From positions 1 through 37,154 of the forward strand of contig JBHLOC010000045.1 of NCBI GenBank assembly GCA_048940925.1: a stretch of 37,154 nt of DNA, read 5' to 3'. Under the pieces are notes generated by a model that worked only from the letters and a program-made list of their open reading frames with translations, searched no databases and was not told the DNA's origin. This document shows, in pieces, positions 17,258 through 28,291 of the stretch (its first letter is position 1; each line of letters opens with the position of its first letter). This DNA comes from Promethearchaeota archaeon. GTDB lineage: Archaea; Asgardarchaeota; Lokiarchaeia; Sigyniarchaeales; SOKP01. The position numbers were made by a program, and so were the translations under genes.

Positions 17258-18397
17258 ATGACTGAAAAAGCAATAGAAAAAGCTGAAATTACTACATCAG
17301 ATGATATAGTGTATGTTGATGTAGAGAGTCTCAGGGATTTTATTAAAAATGTTTTTTTTAAATTAGATGTTCCTGAAGAACATGCTGAAATTATTGCTGA
17401 TGTGCTGATTACTTCAGATTTAAGAGGTATTGATTCACACGGCATTCAGAGATGCAAAATGTATTTTGACCGAATACGAGAGGGAATTTACAATCCAAAA
17501 ACGGAGATTGAAATTGTTAATGATAATTTGACCACTGCTGTTATTGATGGACACTGTGGAATGGGGCATGTTATTGCCTATAAAGCGATGAAATTAGCAA
17601 TAGAAAAGGCTAAAAAATATGGTCTTGGAGCTGTGGCCGTTAAAAATTCAACACACTTCGGCATTGCAGGTTATTATAGCCTCATGGCAATTAAAGAAGG
17701 AATGATAGGTTTTGTAACAACAAATACACGACCGTCTGTTCCTCCCACATTCGGAGTTGAGCCAATGTTAGGAACCAATCCTCTTACTTACGGTGCTCCT
17801 ACTGATGAAGAATTCCCATTTCTTATGGATGCAGCAACTTCAATTATACAAAGAGGAAAAGTGGAAGTATATAATCGCATTCATAAACCACTACCGAATG
17901 GTTTAATTATATCTAATAATGGTAATTCGAGAACTGATCCTGGAATAGTTTTAGATAAGTTATTAAGCCGATCTGCGGCATTATTACCCTTGGGGGGAGA
18001 AGGTGAAACTACTTCTGGGCATAAAGGATATGGATATGCAACTTTCGCTGAAATTCTTTCTGCAGCATTACAAGATGGTATATATCTTCGAAATACAGCA
18101 GGTTTAGTAGAGAATGGTCAAAAAAGGCTTAAAGTGGGACACTTCTTTTTAGCAATTAATATTAGTAATTTCATACCATTAGTAAGATTTAAAGAAATTG
18201 CAGGAAATATTATGCGAGAATTAAGAAGTTCTAAACTTGCACCAGGTAAGGATAGAATATACACTGCGGGAGAAAAAGAACATGATGCGGAGAAAAAAAG
18301 AAGAGAAATGGGTATTCCAATAAATAAAAGCTTACAGAAAGATATTAAAATAATGCAAAAAGAACTTGGATTAAATAAGTATAATTTTCCTTTTTAA
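17258..18397 (+). CDS. Ldh_2 family dehydrogenase, tandem copy 2
   Basis: Same motifs; closely similar to copy 1 along its whole length. Confidence 0.93.
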   Translation: MTEKAIEKAEITTSDDIVYVDVESLRDFIKNVFFKLDVPEEHAEIIADVLITSDLRGIDSHGIQRCKMYFDRIREGIYNPKTEIEIVNDNLTTAVIDGHCGMGHVIAYKAMKLAIEKAKKYGLGAVAVKNSTHFGIAGYYSLMAIKEGMIGFVTTNTRPSVPPTFGVEPMLGTNPLTYGAPTDEEFPFLMDAATSIIQRGKVEVYNRIHKPLPNGLIISNNGNSRTDPGIVLDKLLSRSAALLPLGGEGETTSGHKGYGYATFAEILSAALQDGIYLRNTAGLVENGQKRLKVGHFFLAINISNFIPLVRFKEIAGNIMRELRSSKLAPGKDRIYTAGEKEHDAEKKRREMGIPINKSLQKDIKIMQKELGLNKYNFPF

Positions 18398-18400
18398 ATC

Positions 18401-19840
18401 TTAAAAGATAATTCCTTTTTTTTGGTCTTCAATTGGTTCAGAATGTAGCAAAATTGAATCCAAATTATCAATCCCTAATTTTTCTCTAATTTGAGATTCC
18501 AATTCGCTAATATAATCATGAACTTGTGAGATGTTTAAAGACCCAATAAAAAATACATGAACTTCTAAGATGCAATAATCTAAGGTTGCCCAGAATTCTA
18601 ATGAATGATATCCTTTAACATATGGATGTGCTCTTAGCACCTCTTCGACTTCTTCACTAATTTGTTTAATCATTTCAGGTCCCACATCAACACATTTTAT
18701 TTGATCTGGTATCAAAACCTTACTATAAGGCTGAGCTTCGATATGTGTGACAACTCTTGATATAAGAGGAGCTTGCTTTTTTATCTCCTTCTCAAAGTGA
18801 GTACATACTCTATGAGCTTCCACAAGTGAAAGTGTTTCATCAACTATCACAACTAAGGAAATAAAATAATTATTTTCGATTCGAAAAATGTTAAGATCTT
18901 TAAAATTAATAATTCTAGGATATTCTGATTTCATTGAAAAAATTAAGTTAATTATACCTTCACCAATTGATTCTTCACTGGCTAATGGATTCATCTCAAC
19001 TATACATTCCACTTCATACAAAGGAAATTTTCTCTCACTCATGCTTCTTATGGACTTGATAATCTCATTTGCGTGTACAATAGAAATATGATCTTCGACT
19101 GAGATATATACTTCTAAAAATAATATTTTACCACTTGATCTTATTTTTATATCATTTACGCCCACAACATGTTCTAACAGAAAAATTTTTTGTCTTAATT
19201 CTTCTATTATAAGGGAACTTATAGGGTTCGTGTCTGTTAGTTCTTGAACCCCTTTCTTTGTTAATTTAAATGCTCCAAAAATTATCCAAATTGAAAGTAA
19301 AATACTAAATATTGGATCCATAAAAATAATGCCAAAATAAGCAAAAGTAAAACTTAACAAAACTACAATTGCTCTCATAGAATCTTGAAATAAATTGAGG
19401 CCCTGAATCTCCATTGTCAGGCTTTTTTGACTTCTACCCTGAGATAATAATATTCTTGAGAAAATAAGATTAACAATAAAAGAAATAATTAATAAAATCA
19501 ATCCTAATTCTGGATTTATAATTTGAAAATTACCCGCTATTATTGTTTGGATAGCATTATAAATCAATACCACATAAATATTCATCAAAATAATGCCTTG
19601 AACTAGTCCTGAGAGAGAATCTAGTTTTGTATGTCCATACATATGCTCATAGTCTGCGGGTTTTTGACTGTAATATAATGAATAAATTGTTAATGAGATG
19701 AACAATATATCAAGAAGAGTATCTGCTGTTTCAGATAAAAAACTTAAGCTTCCCGTGATCAAAACTCCATATAATTTTATTGTTGACTGAAATAAAACTA
19801 TAGCAAGAGTTATAAAGCCATATTTGATTTTGATATCCAT
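18401..19840 (-). CDS. Cation diffusion facilitator with three tandem C-terminal dimerisation (ZT_dimer) domains
   Basis: KPADYEHMYGH.K; repeated 'S...AH...' and 'H.E(P)' motifs. Confidence 0.9.
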   Translation of the reverse strand: MDIKIKYGFITLAIVLFQSTIKLYGVLITGSLSFLSETADTLLDILFISLTIYSLYYSQKPADYEHMYGHTKLDSLSGLVQGIILMNIYVVLIYNAIQTIIAGNFQIINPELGLILLIISFIVNLIFSRILLSQGRSQKSLTMEIQGLNLFQDSMRAIVVLLSFTFAYFGIIFMDPIFSILLSIWIIFGAFKLTKKGVQELTDTNPISSLIIEELRQKIFLLEHVVGVNDIKIRSSGKILFLEVYISVEDHISIVHANEIIKSIRSMSERKFPLYEVECIVEMNPLASEESIGEGIINLIFSMKSEYPRIINFKDLNIFRIENNYFISLVVIVDETLSLVEAHRVCTHFEKEIKKQAPLISRVVTHIEAQPYSKVLIPDQIKCVDVGPEMIKQISEEVEEVLRAHPYVKGYHSLEFWATLDYCILEVHVFFIGSLNISQVHDYISELESQIREKLGIDNLDSILLHSEPIEDQKKGIIF

Positions 19841-20018
19841 ATTTTAATTCTTTCAAATTGCTATAAAGTCATTAAAAATGTAATAGATGAATTCTAAAAT
19901 AAATATTTTGTAATTTAAAAATTGGACTACTCAAGTTATAAGTTAGGCAATATTTTATTAAAAATTATAATGAGGAAGTTATAACTCTCAAAATTTAAGA
20001 ATAAATGGATTGTATTAA

Positions 20019-21137
20019 ATGTCAGAAAGTAAGGATAAAAGGTTTTTAAATCGTACGCTCAAGAATGTTGACCCGAATATGGCAAAAATTTTCATGCCAT
20101 GGATTCTGAAGCATCCAAAAAGTGTCTATAAGATGATACGGCTCGCTAGAGCCTATAAAAAATCCCGAAGGGTAAGAGGAGAGGAATTTCTTAAAGGTTT
20201 GAAAGTACCTCCATTCTTAATATTAAGCATAACATCAAAGTGTAATCTTAAATGTAATGGATGCTATGCAGCCGCAACTGGAACTTTATGTAATAATAAC
20301 AAAAAAAAATCTCTTAATTTAGAGCAGTGGACAAAAATTATTCAAGAAGCAAAAGATTTAGGGATTTTTGGCTTTATAATAGCAGGTGGGGAACCCTTCT
20401 TAATGCCTAATCTGTTAGAATTAAGTGAAAAATTTAAGGATCGATTATTTCTAATTTTCACTAATGGAATAATCTTAGGAAAACAAGATTTTGAAAAGTT
20501 AAAACGATTAAGAAATACAATAGTTATTGTTAGTATTGAAGGAGATCAAAATTTAACAGACGAAAGAAGAGGTCGGGGAGTTTATTACCAAGTAATTAAT
20601 ACTATTAATGAGTTGGACAGTATTGGAGTAATAAGCGGAATTTCAGCAACAATTAATCGTAATAACTTCAGATTTTGGATGGATCCAAAAAACATTGATG
20701 ATTTAATAAATAAAGGGGTACGTTTAGCTTTCCTACTTGAATATATACCTGTTGATAATGATATTGAATTAATGCTTACCCATGATGAAAGTACCGAATT
20801 CAGAAACATGATATTGAATTATCGTGAAACTAAACAAATCTTCTTAATTCACTCGCCAGGAGATGAAGAATATATGGGAGGTTGTGTATCCGCAGGTAGA
20901 GGTTTTGCTCATGTTACACCTTCTGGAGATCTAACTCCTTGCCCCGTTTCTAACATTGCAACTCATAATTTAACTAAATCATCTTTAAGAGATGGTTTAA
21001 AGAGTGAACTATTTAAGATTATTAGGGAAAATGAACATCTACTAGAAACTAATGGCTCACCCTGTGCATTATTTTCACATCCTGAAGAATTAAATGATTT
21101 GGTTAGACAAGTTAAAGCTTACAAGACAAGTGTGTAA
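20019..21137 (+). CDS. Radical SAM / SPASM-twitch domain protein
   Basis: CNLKCNGCY, AGGEP, FTNG, GCVSAGRGF.H....G..PCP. Confidence 0.92.
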   Translation: MSESKDKRFLNRTLKNVDPNMAKIFMPWILKHPKSVYKMIRLARAYKKSRRVRGEEFLKGLKVPPFLILSITSKCNLKCNGCYAAATGTLCNNNKKKSLNLEQWTKIIQEAKDLGIFGFIIAGGEPFLMPNLLELSEKFKDRLFLIFTNGIILGKQDFEKLKRLRNTIVIVSIEGDQNLTDERRGRGVYYQVINTINELDSIGVISGISATINRNNFRFWMDPKNIDDLINKGVRLAFLLEYIPVDNDIELMLTHDESTEFRNMILNYRETKQIFLIHSPGDEEYMGGCVSAGRGFAHVTPSGDLTPCPVSNIATHNLTKSSLRDGLKSELFKIIRENEHLLETNGSPCALFSHPEELNDLVRQVKAYKTSV

Positions 21138-21173
21138 AAAAATATTAGTTCTAAAAATAGAAATAATTTTTAT

Positions 21174-22049
21174 CTATATTAATTCTCCTTTAGCAACTAT
21201 AAAAGCTTTTCCTCCTACTTCAACGCTAAATTGCTCTTCCTTATCTTCTGCTCTTAGCAGGAGTAAGCTTGGTCTGCCTATTTCATACCCTTGTTCAACT
21301 CTAATATCAATTTGAGACTTTCCCCAATATTGATATTTTGCTAAATATGCTGCAAGACAACCATTACCACTTCCAGTGGCAGGGTCCTCTGGGATACCAT
21401 AGTAATGAACAAAAACTCGAACACTTAATTGATTTCCTTTATTATGAGTTTCTGGACAGAAGATTAAAATGCTTTTTGCCTCAGTAGTTTCTACTAAATC
21501 TAAAAATTTGTCTCTATTTACCCTCACTCCTTTTAAGGTATCTAACGTTTTTAATGGGACGATAATGAAAGGTACTCCTGTAGATACTTCTTGAATTGGG
21601 AATCTTGCATCAATATCATCTTCTTTAATATTCAATACTTCTGATATTAATACTGGATCAACATATTTCATAAATGTAGGAGGATTTTGTTCCATCCAAA
21701 TTTCCTCTGCTTTTCCGCTCTTATATTTAAACAATACAGGAATCTGACCTATTTTTAAATTTAAAAGTATCGTTTTAATATGACTTTTTATTATCTCCTG
21801 TTGAATCACATAAGCAGTTCCAATAGTTGGGTGTCCTGCAAAAGATAACTCTGCTACTGGTGTAAATATGCGCACATCATAGTTTTCAACAGAAGTTATA
21901 AACGTTGTCTCTGAATAATTCATTTCTTTTGCGATTTTTTGCATTTCAACGGTGCTAATATCATCTTCACATATGAAAACAGCAAGCTGATTTCCCTCAA
22001 ATTCTCTTTCAGCGAAAACATCCACGATATAAAATTTACATTTTGGCAT
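21174..22049 (-). CDS. PhzF family isomerase/epimerase
   Basis: VDVF...F.GNQLAV, NYSETTF, FAGHPT, EDPATGS, EQG...RPS. Confidence 0.95.
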   Translation of the reverse strand: MPKCKFYIVDVFAEREFEGNQLAVFICEDDISTVEMQKIAKEMNYSETTFITSVENYDVRIFTPVAELSFAGHPTIGTAYVIQQEIIKSHIKTILLNLKIGQIPVLFKYKSGKAEEIWMEQNPPTFMKYVDPVLISEVLNIKEDDIDARFPIQEVSTGVPFIIVPLKTLDTLKGVRVNRDKFLDLVETTEAKSILIFCPETHNKGNQLSVRVFVHYYGIPEDPATGSGNGCLAAYLAKYQYWGKSQIDIRVEQGYEIGRPSLLLLRAEDKEEQFSVEVGGKAFIVAKGELI

Positions 22050-22198
22050 ATAATTTCCCTCTTTAATGATTAAAGCTTAAAGTATAAAATTAATAGTTAT
22101 AATATTAAAATAAATCTTTTTAAAAGACATTCAGAATTAAAATATTGAAAATATTTTTGAATATTACATCAAATTTAAGATATTAAAAGGATGAAATT

Positions 22199-22654
22199 AT
22201 GAATCAAAAAGATACTGAAAAAATTGCTAGACTCTGGTTTGAAGTAATGTGGACTAAACCAGACTTATCCGTCGCCGATGAAATTGTAGATTCGGAATAT
22301 AACCCGAGTTGGATTCAGATTAATAAAGTAGGTCCAGCTCAAGTTAAACATGAAATCAGACATTTTCGAACTATTTTTCCAGATTTAATATATGAGATTG
22401 TAGAATTAAATGGAGAAAAAAATAAAGTTTGGATTCGGTATAAAGCTCGAGGTACGCATTTAGGAAAAGGATGGGGATTTGAGCCAACAAATAAAACTGT
22501 GGAATTTGAGGGGGCAGCAATTTTATATATTAATTCAAAAGGGAAAGTAATTGATCAATGGGGCGCATTTTGCATTTATGATATCTTTACAGATTTAGGT
22601 GTGGTACCCCCTTTCTGGGAGGTTAATAAATATCTAACTAATTATGAGAAATAA
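22199..22654 (+). CDS. SnoaL-like ester cyclase (NTF2-like)
   Basis: FPDL, KVW.RY..RGTH.G...G..PT.K.V. Confidence 0.88.
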   Translation: MNQKDTEKIARLWFEVMWTKPDLSVADEIVDSEYNPSWIQINKVGPAQVKHEIRHFRTIFPDLIYEIVELNGEKNKVWIRYKARGTHLGKGWGFEPTNKTVEFEGAAILYINSKGKVIDQWGAFCIYDIFTDLGVVPPFWEVNKYLTNYEK

Positions 22655-22661
22655 TATATTC

Positions 22662-23528
22662 CTACTTTTTTGCGGGAGAAGCATAACAATAATCACAATT
22701 ATGTCTACATCGAAAAATACCTGTATATCCTCCAATATCCTTTGATTTAAAACAACCGCAATTATCTCTTTGTCCTGTGTCTCTTATTTTTGGTATAGTA
22801 TCCCCAATTAACTTTTCTATTTTATAGGCATCTATACAATGAGCTTGTTCAATTCCTTCCATATCTAATAACTCTGGTTGACAGCACGCCTTCATATGTA
22901 TCCCAAAATCACTACATACTTTAATTAAATTACTTAAAATCTCTCTTTTTTTCTCTAAGGGGGGATCAATAGGGATATACCCTCGAGCGTTCATCCTATT
23001 CTTTACTTTAGTGTAAATGGTGGCAAAAGAGAAGATTAATTCCCTAATTCCAAGATGAGATGCTTTCTCAATAATAAATTTAAATTTCCCTAGATTATTT
23101 GATATTTTGTTTGAGCCCTTTTTCTTATAATAAATTATAGGGTCATACCTAAAATTAATAGCTAATAAACTGAACTCTTTAATTAGCCATTCTATCTGCT
23201 TAAATCGTTCTTCTAGGGAGGCATGAATATTCTTTTCTAATTCTGATGGAGAATTTATTGTGAATTGAAAAGTGTGTCCCTTAAAAGCGTTGAAAAGATC
23301 TCTATTATTTTGATACACTTTAATCCATTCTTTGAAATTCTTACTCCACCATACAAAACATTTTACATCTATAGGATTTAAAGACACACTATTTACTTGT
23401 TGACGATTAAATGGATTTACTACATCAACATATCCTATTTTGATTTTATCAATTACCCAATCCATTAAAAATGCTGGGATATCTGTTCTACGACTACATG
23501 ATATTATTGGTGATTTAATTAAACTCAT
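22662..23528 (-). CDS. DUF1848 family Fe-S protein
   Basis: IISCSRRTDIPAF, VNPFN, WSKN, RYDPI, QR..CGC..S.DIG.Y...C.H.C.YCYA. Confidence 0.93.
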   Translation of the reverse strand: MSLIKSPIISCSRRTDIPAFLMDWVIDKIKIGYVDVVNPFNRQQVNSVSLNPIDVKCFVWWSKNFKEWIKVYQNNRDLFNAFKGHTFQFTINSPSELEKNIHASLEERFKQIEWLIKEFSLLAINFRYDPIIYYKKKGSNKISNNLGKFKFIIEKASHLGIRELIFSFATIYTKVKNRMNARGYIPIDPPLEKKREILSNLIKVCSDFGIHMKACCQPELLDMEGIEQAHCIDAYKIEKLIGDTIPKIRDTGQRDNCGCFKSKDIGGYTGIFRCRHNCDYCYASPAKK

Positions 23529-26005
23529 ATATAAATTCCTTTTTCTAAACTTTTGTTATCAAATTCTCCTATTATAATATTATTTAATAAAATTTTAATT
23601 GGATTTTGTGGTGGATTTCTTGCTTTTATTATTATTCCTTTTTTTTCAGGGAATTTATAGTATTCTATATCAATTTCTTGATTTGTAATTCTAAACGAAT
23701 TTATTTGGATACCGTTAATTCCCCAAATCATCTCTTCAGAGAAATCTATAAATAGGTCGCCAAAATTTTTCATTACATAGGCAGTGGCAGTTGCAGCTGT
23801 ACCAACACCCCAATCAAAAGCAATGTGTCCTGGAGTTCTAAAATTAGTACCAGTATGACCATAATTTTCATATACTACTCCTTTATCTATTCCATCAACG
23901 GTATCTAAACCTTCTAAATTCCCAGGGGATTGGCTTTTATACTCTGACAATAATTGGAGGGTCCAACATGCTCTCAAGGCTGCGATCCCTCGTTCCATGT
24001 ATTCCCTCTTACCTGTAAGTAGATAATATTCCATATATGTACGCACAAATAGTCCTTGTCTAGCATCATTTAACTCAGCATCAGCATTATGGACACCAAA
24101 ACCTCCAAACGTATTTATGCTAATATAAGGCATATTCCATACCTGTTGAAATAAAGACAGTATTGATAAGACATTTTCACCCATCCTTAGATATTTCTCA
24201 TTTTTAGTGATCTGGTATAGTTCTTTTAAACCTTCAGTACACCAATATATGCATAGAGTATTCATGACATGACTTCCTGTGAAATTATCATAAGTGTCAA
24301 TAGGTACTTGACTACAGCTGAAGTATGGCTCAAAATCTTGCCACTTATTAAATGGGATAATTGAATCTCGTAAATACTCAACAATTCTTTTTGTTATAGA
24401 TAAAATTTTTGGGATTTTCGAAATCTTATAAAATTCTGCCAAGAACATTAATGATGCTCCAGAGCTAGCGGAATTAACCAACGTATTTTTGATGATTGTA
24501 GTTTTCATATCTTCTTTAAAATTGATATAGCTTGGAATTTCCCCATTATCTAACTGGATTTCTTCTATGAGATTAACCAATTGTTCACAATTTCTAATAA
24601 TTAATTCATTTTCTTCAAAATCTTGGTAAAATCTTAATGTCCAATACATTGCTAAGCATGCATCAACCACATGAAAATCGTCTGTATAAGAAAATGCTTT
24701 AAGTCCATTTATAATTGAAAATGTTTCGGAATTCGGTGAAGAAGGAAATATAACACTTGGAAATATCCCCTTTATTCGTGGTATATTTAAAATAGTATTT
24801 AATATCCGGTTTGCTTTATCTATGAACGTATCATCATTCCAAAGTTCTCCAAAGTATTTTAATCCATATGCCGTCCTCATATTAAGAAAGAAAGCATTAT
24901 TCCATATTTCAGCAGTTCGTGGAATATAGGCTCTTCGTCGTGTGTATTTATCAAACCATTTAACCTTATCTGGATCATAAGTTAACTCATTTATCATATC
25001 AATTGCTTTTGATTGTAAACTTGGCATTCCAGAGGTACTTATTTTTCTATGTTCCTCTAAAGACTTATTATTTATAAATTCAATAGGCTTTTTATTTTTT
25101 CCTGCCCAAGACCTAAACCAAATTCCACCTGAGTCTACATTATTAATTTTAAAATCTCCCCAAAACTTATGTCGTTCAAATAAGGCAACATATCCTTCAT
25201 GAACATTACTTTCAAATGGTAAAATTTGAGGATCTAAGCTTTTAAATAGAGTTTTCCTTCCATATTTCTCCCAGAAGAAGTTGTTGATGAAATGTAAAAT
25301 TTCATTGCGCGTTTTATTAATAAATATGATGATATAATATCTAAAGGTTAAATCTGTATCTTTTTTAACTATAAACCCCTTATGAGGTTCATGCTTGAAT
25401 AGAACATGCTTATACGGTCTATAATTTCCAAATCCAAAAGATATAGAAGGATTTTTTTTATCATCAAAAGGTTCTAAATTGAAATCGATGAAAGTCGGAA
25501 ATGGACGATTATTTCCTAAGGTTTTTAAATCTGGAATGAAAGCAAAAGCATACCTATCTTTTTTATATAGAATTACAGGTGAACGAAAGACGTGGTCCCC
25601 GATGACAAAATCTTCTCCGGGGCAATGATGAGGAACCCATGTAAAATCGGGATTACCTCCCAATGGAATATCATACTTTACTAGGATTTTTGATAACTCA
25701 ATCTCTCTATTACTTGACAATTTATATCTTATATGAAGGATATTACTTTCTTCTAAACAATAATCTAAATTTAATAAAAAAGCATCATTATTTAATTGAA
25801 AATACAATTTCTTTTTGGTCTTTTTTCGAAAAAATAATTGACTTGTCACTCTTTTATTTTTTATCCAATAACTTAGAGTACTATAAGAGTTTTGACTTTC
25901 TAAGATAGAGATTAATTTATTTGCACCTTTTATTTCAATTTTCTCCTTTGTATAATTAGGATTTTGTTTAATAGAGAGTTTGATCAAATCATTTTCGATA
26001 ATCAT
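23525..26005 (-). CDS. Large hypothetical protein, probable (alpha/alpha)6 glycoside hydrolase-like
   Basis: 826 aa; helical repeats such as ELYQITKNEKYL and YYLLTGKREYMERG..AL; GGFG..N.D.E.ND motif. Confidence 0.6.
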   Translation of the reverse strand: MIIENDLIKLSIKQNPNYTKEKIEIKGANKLISILESQNSYSTLSYWIKNKRVTSQLFFRKKTKKKLYFQLNNDAFLLNLDYCLEESNILHIRYKLSSNREIELSKILVKYDIPLGGNPDFTWVPHHCPGEDFVIGDHVFRSPVILYKKDRYAFAFIPDLKTLGNNRPFPTFIDFNLEPFDDKKNPSISFGFGNYRPYKHVLFKHEPHKGFIVKKDTDLTFRYYIIIFINKTRNEILHFINNFFWEKYGRKTLFKSLDPQILPFESNVHEGYVALFERHKFWGDFKINNVDSGGIWFRSWAGKNKKPIEFINNKSLEEHRKISTSGMPSLQSKAIDMINELTYDPDKVKWFDKYTRRRAYIPRTAEIWNNAFFLNMRTAYGLKYFGELWNDDTFIDKANRILNTILNIPRIKGIFPSVIFPSSPNSETFSIINGLKAFSYTDDFHVVDACLAMYWTLRFYQDFEENELIIRNCEQLVNLIEEIQLDNGEIPSYINFKEDMKTTIIKNTLVNSASSGASLMFLAEFYKISKIPKILSITKRIVEYLRDSIIPFNKWQDFEPYFSCSQVPIDTYDNFTGSHVMNTLCIYWCTEGLKELYQITKNEKYLRMGENVLSILSLFQQVWNMPYISINTFGGFGVHNADAELNDARQGLFVRTYMEYYLLTGKREYMERGIAALRACWTLQLLSEYKSQSPGNLEGLDTVDGIDKGVVYENYGHTGTNFRTPGHIAFDWGVGTAATATAYVMKNFGDLFIDFSEEMIWGINGIQINSFRITNQEIDIEYYKFPEKKGIIIKARNPPQNPIKILLNNIIIGEFDNKSLEKGIYI

Positions 26006-26157
26006 TTTACTTGTTCTTTCGACCTTTTGATCTTATCCACAAAAAAGTTCTTCAGAATATATCATTTTCCTTTATATTATGTAAAATCTGAATAGATTAA
26101 TTTCAAATTTAATGAATAATTAAATGAATAAATAAATTGTTTTAATGAATATGAAAA

Positions 26158-27183
26158 ATGATTCCGTCGATTGAATGGATTGATAATAAAGTTAAGATGA
26201 TTGATCAAACTTTATTGCCCCATAAATTAAAATTTTTAGAGTTTGATGATTATAGAGATGTTGCTACCTCCATTAAAGTGATGAATATTCGTGGTGCTCC
26301 TGCTATAGGGGTTGCCGCTGCGATGGGAATGGCATTAGCGACAATTGAATACAAGGATCTTCCAAAAGAAAAATTTATAGAAAAAATGGAAGAAGCCGCT
26401 AATTTAATTAGAAATACTAGACCGACAGCATCAAATCTTTATTGGGGGGTTAACAGAATATGGAAAATAATCGAGACATATCCAGATAATCCTCCTAGAC
26501 TTTCAGATTTAGTAATTGAGGAAGCACAGATTATGGCACAGGAGGATATAATTGTTAATAAGAAGATTGGTAAGAACGGAGCTACATTATTAGAAGATGG
26601 TGATACTGTATTAACGCATTGTAATGCTGGATCACTGGCAACTGTACAATATGGTACTGCGTTAGCACCAGTTAGAGCAGCAATTGAAGAAGGTAAAAAA
26701 ATATCCGTGATTGCAGATGAGACTCGTCCAAGACTTCAAGGGGCTAGATTAACTGCTTATGAATGTCACTATGATAAAATACCTGTGAATGTTATATCTG
26801 ATACATCCTCAGGATTAATTATGATGTTAGGAAAAGTAAACAAAGTTATAGTAGGAACCGATAGAGTTACTTCAGATGCAGTTTTTAATAAAATTGGTAC
26901 ATATTTAGTCGCTCTTGCTGCAAAAGATAATAATATCCCATTCTATGTAGCAGCACCTATATCTACATTATCTCTCCATGAGACTATAGATGATGTTACT
27001 ATTGAACAAAGGGATAGTAATGAAGTAAGTAATGTGTTAGGCAAGGTTCAAATTGTGCCTGATGGAGTCCAATGTTTGAATTATGCTTTCGATATAACAC
27101 CTTTTAGATTAGTTTCAGGAATCATAACAGAAGATGGCGTTTATACGCCTGATGAACTCTTAAAAAAGTATAAAAAATCTTAA
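26158..27183 (+). CDS. mtnA: S-methyl-5-thioribose-1-phosphate isomerase (eIF2B-alpha-like family)
   Basis: IDQT.LP, RGAPAIG, RPTA.NL, LTHCNAG.LAT, ETRP.LQG.RLT, NKIGTY. Confidence 0.95.
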   Translation: MIPSIEWIDNKVKMIDQTLLPHKLKFLEFDDYRDVATSIKVMNIRGAPAIGVAAAMGMALATIEYKDLPKEKFIEKMEEAANLIRNTRPTASNLYWGVNRIWKIIETYPDNPPRLSDLVIEEAQIMAQEDIIVNKKIGKNGATLLEDGDTVLTHCNAGSLATVQYGTALAPVRAAIEEGKKISVIADETRPRLQGARLTAYECHYDKIPVNVISDTSSGLIMMLGKVNKVIVGTDRVTSDAVFNKIGTYLVALAAKDNNIPFYVAAPISTLSLHETIDDVTIEQRDSNEVSNVLGKVQIVPDGVQCLNYAFDITPFRLVSGIITEDGVYTPDELLKKYKKS

Positions 27184-27193
27184 ATCGCTTCTT

Positions 27194-28183
27194 TTAATTT
27201 GAAAAAATTTCTTCTAGCATTAATCTTAACTGTTTAAGATTTTTAATTTCACTTAATTGAGTTCTAATTTTAGTAGAATTATTTATATTTTTAAATAACC
27301 AAATAATATTTCTTTTTAATTCTCTAAATTTGAATAGTTCATTTCCATATGAATAGGATATTCCAGATAAATACTCATCAATAATCTCTTCATAAATTAA
27401 AAAATGGTTTTTTATTCGTTCTAGATTATTTATAATTGGTGAATATTTACCTTTAGTAAAATATTCATGCATTTGGCTAAAGATTTCGGGGTTTCCCATT
27501 GACTCTCTCCCTATCATTAAAGCATCTACATTTGTATAATCTAAGAAATGTTTTGCTATGATTGGGTCTCTTATATTTCCATTACCAATTAAAGGAACAG
27601 TTAGATTTTCTTTTAGTTGCTTTACAGTGTTTAAATCTAGAGTTTCATCATAAAAGTAACTTTTAACGGGCCGAGCATGAATAATTAAAAAATCGATACC
27701 AGAATCATTAACTAGTTTTGCCATCTTAACAGTATTCATTGGACGTTCGAATCCTGTTCGAATTTTAAGTGAAACAGGTTTAGAAGAATATTTAATAGCT
27801 TCGTTTACTAGTTTTTCTAATGTTTCTAAATCTTTCATTAAATAACCCCCTTCTTTAGCATTGATGGCTCTTTTAGAAGGACATCCTGCATTAATATCTA
27901 GAACATCATAACCATAACTCTCAAGAAGATTGATAGCTCTTTTTAAAGATTTAAAATCATTTCCTATTAGTTGAATACTAACATGTTTTTCTTCTTTAAT
28001 CTTATATAATTCTTGCTCTATAGATTTAGGATTTTTTATAATTCGTTTGACATACAACATAGGAACACTTACTAGTCCCACATTATAAAACTTTCTTATA
28101 AACCGCCTATAAGGAGCAGTGGTGACATTTTGCATAGGTGCTAAAATATACCTATTCTCCAATTCAAGTGTTCCCAATTTCAT
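27194..28183 (-). CDS. dus: tRNA-dihydrouridine synthase family protein
   Basis: LAPM, QL.G, DINAGCP, KIRTG, HAR, NGNI, MIGR...NP.IF. Confidence 0.92.
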   Translation of the reverse strand: MKLGTLELENRYILAPMQNVTTAPYRRFIRKFYNVGLVSVPMLYVKRIIKNPKSIEQELYKIKEEKHVSIQLIGNDFKSLKRAINLLESYGYDVLDINAGCPSKRAINAKEGGYLMKDLETLEKLVNEAIKYSSKPVSLKIRTGFERPMNTVKMAKLVNDSGIDFLIIHARPVKSYFYDETLDLNTVKQLKENLTVPLIGNGNIRDPIIAKHFLDYTNVDALMIGRESMGNPEIFSQMHEYFTKGKYSPIINNLERIKNHFLIYEEIIDEYLSGISYSYGNELFKFRELKRNIIWLFKNINNSTKIRTQLSEIKNLKQLRLMLEEIFSN

Positions 28184-28291
28184 TGTTAACTCTAATGTAG
28201 TTTACTTTATTCTTATGAATTAAAATCATGAAATTTTTTATAAAAAGAAATTTACTATAATTAAATAAATCTACTGGATTTTATATCTAAA

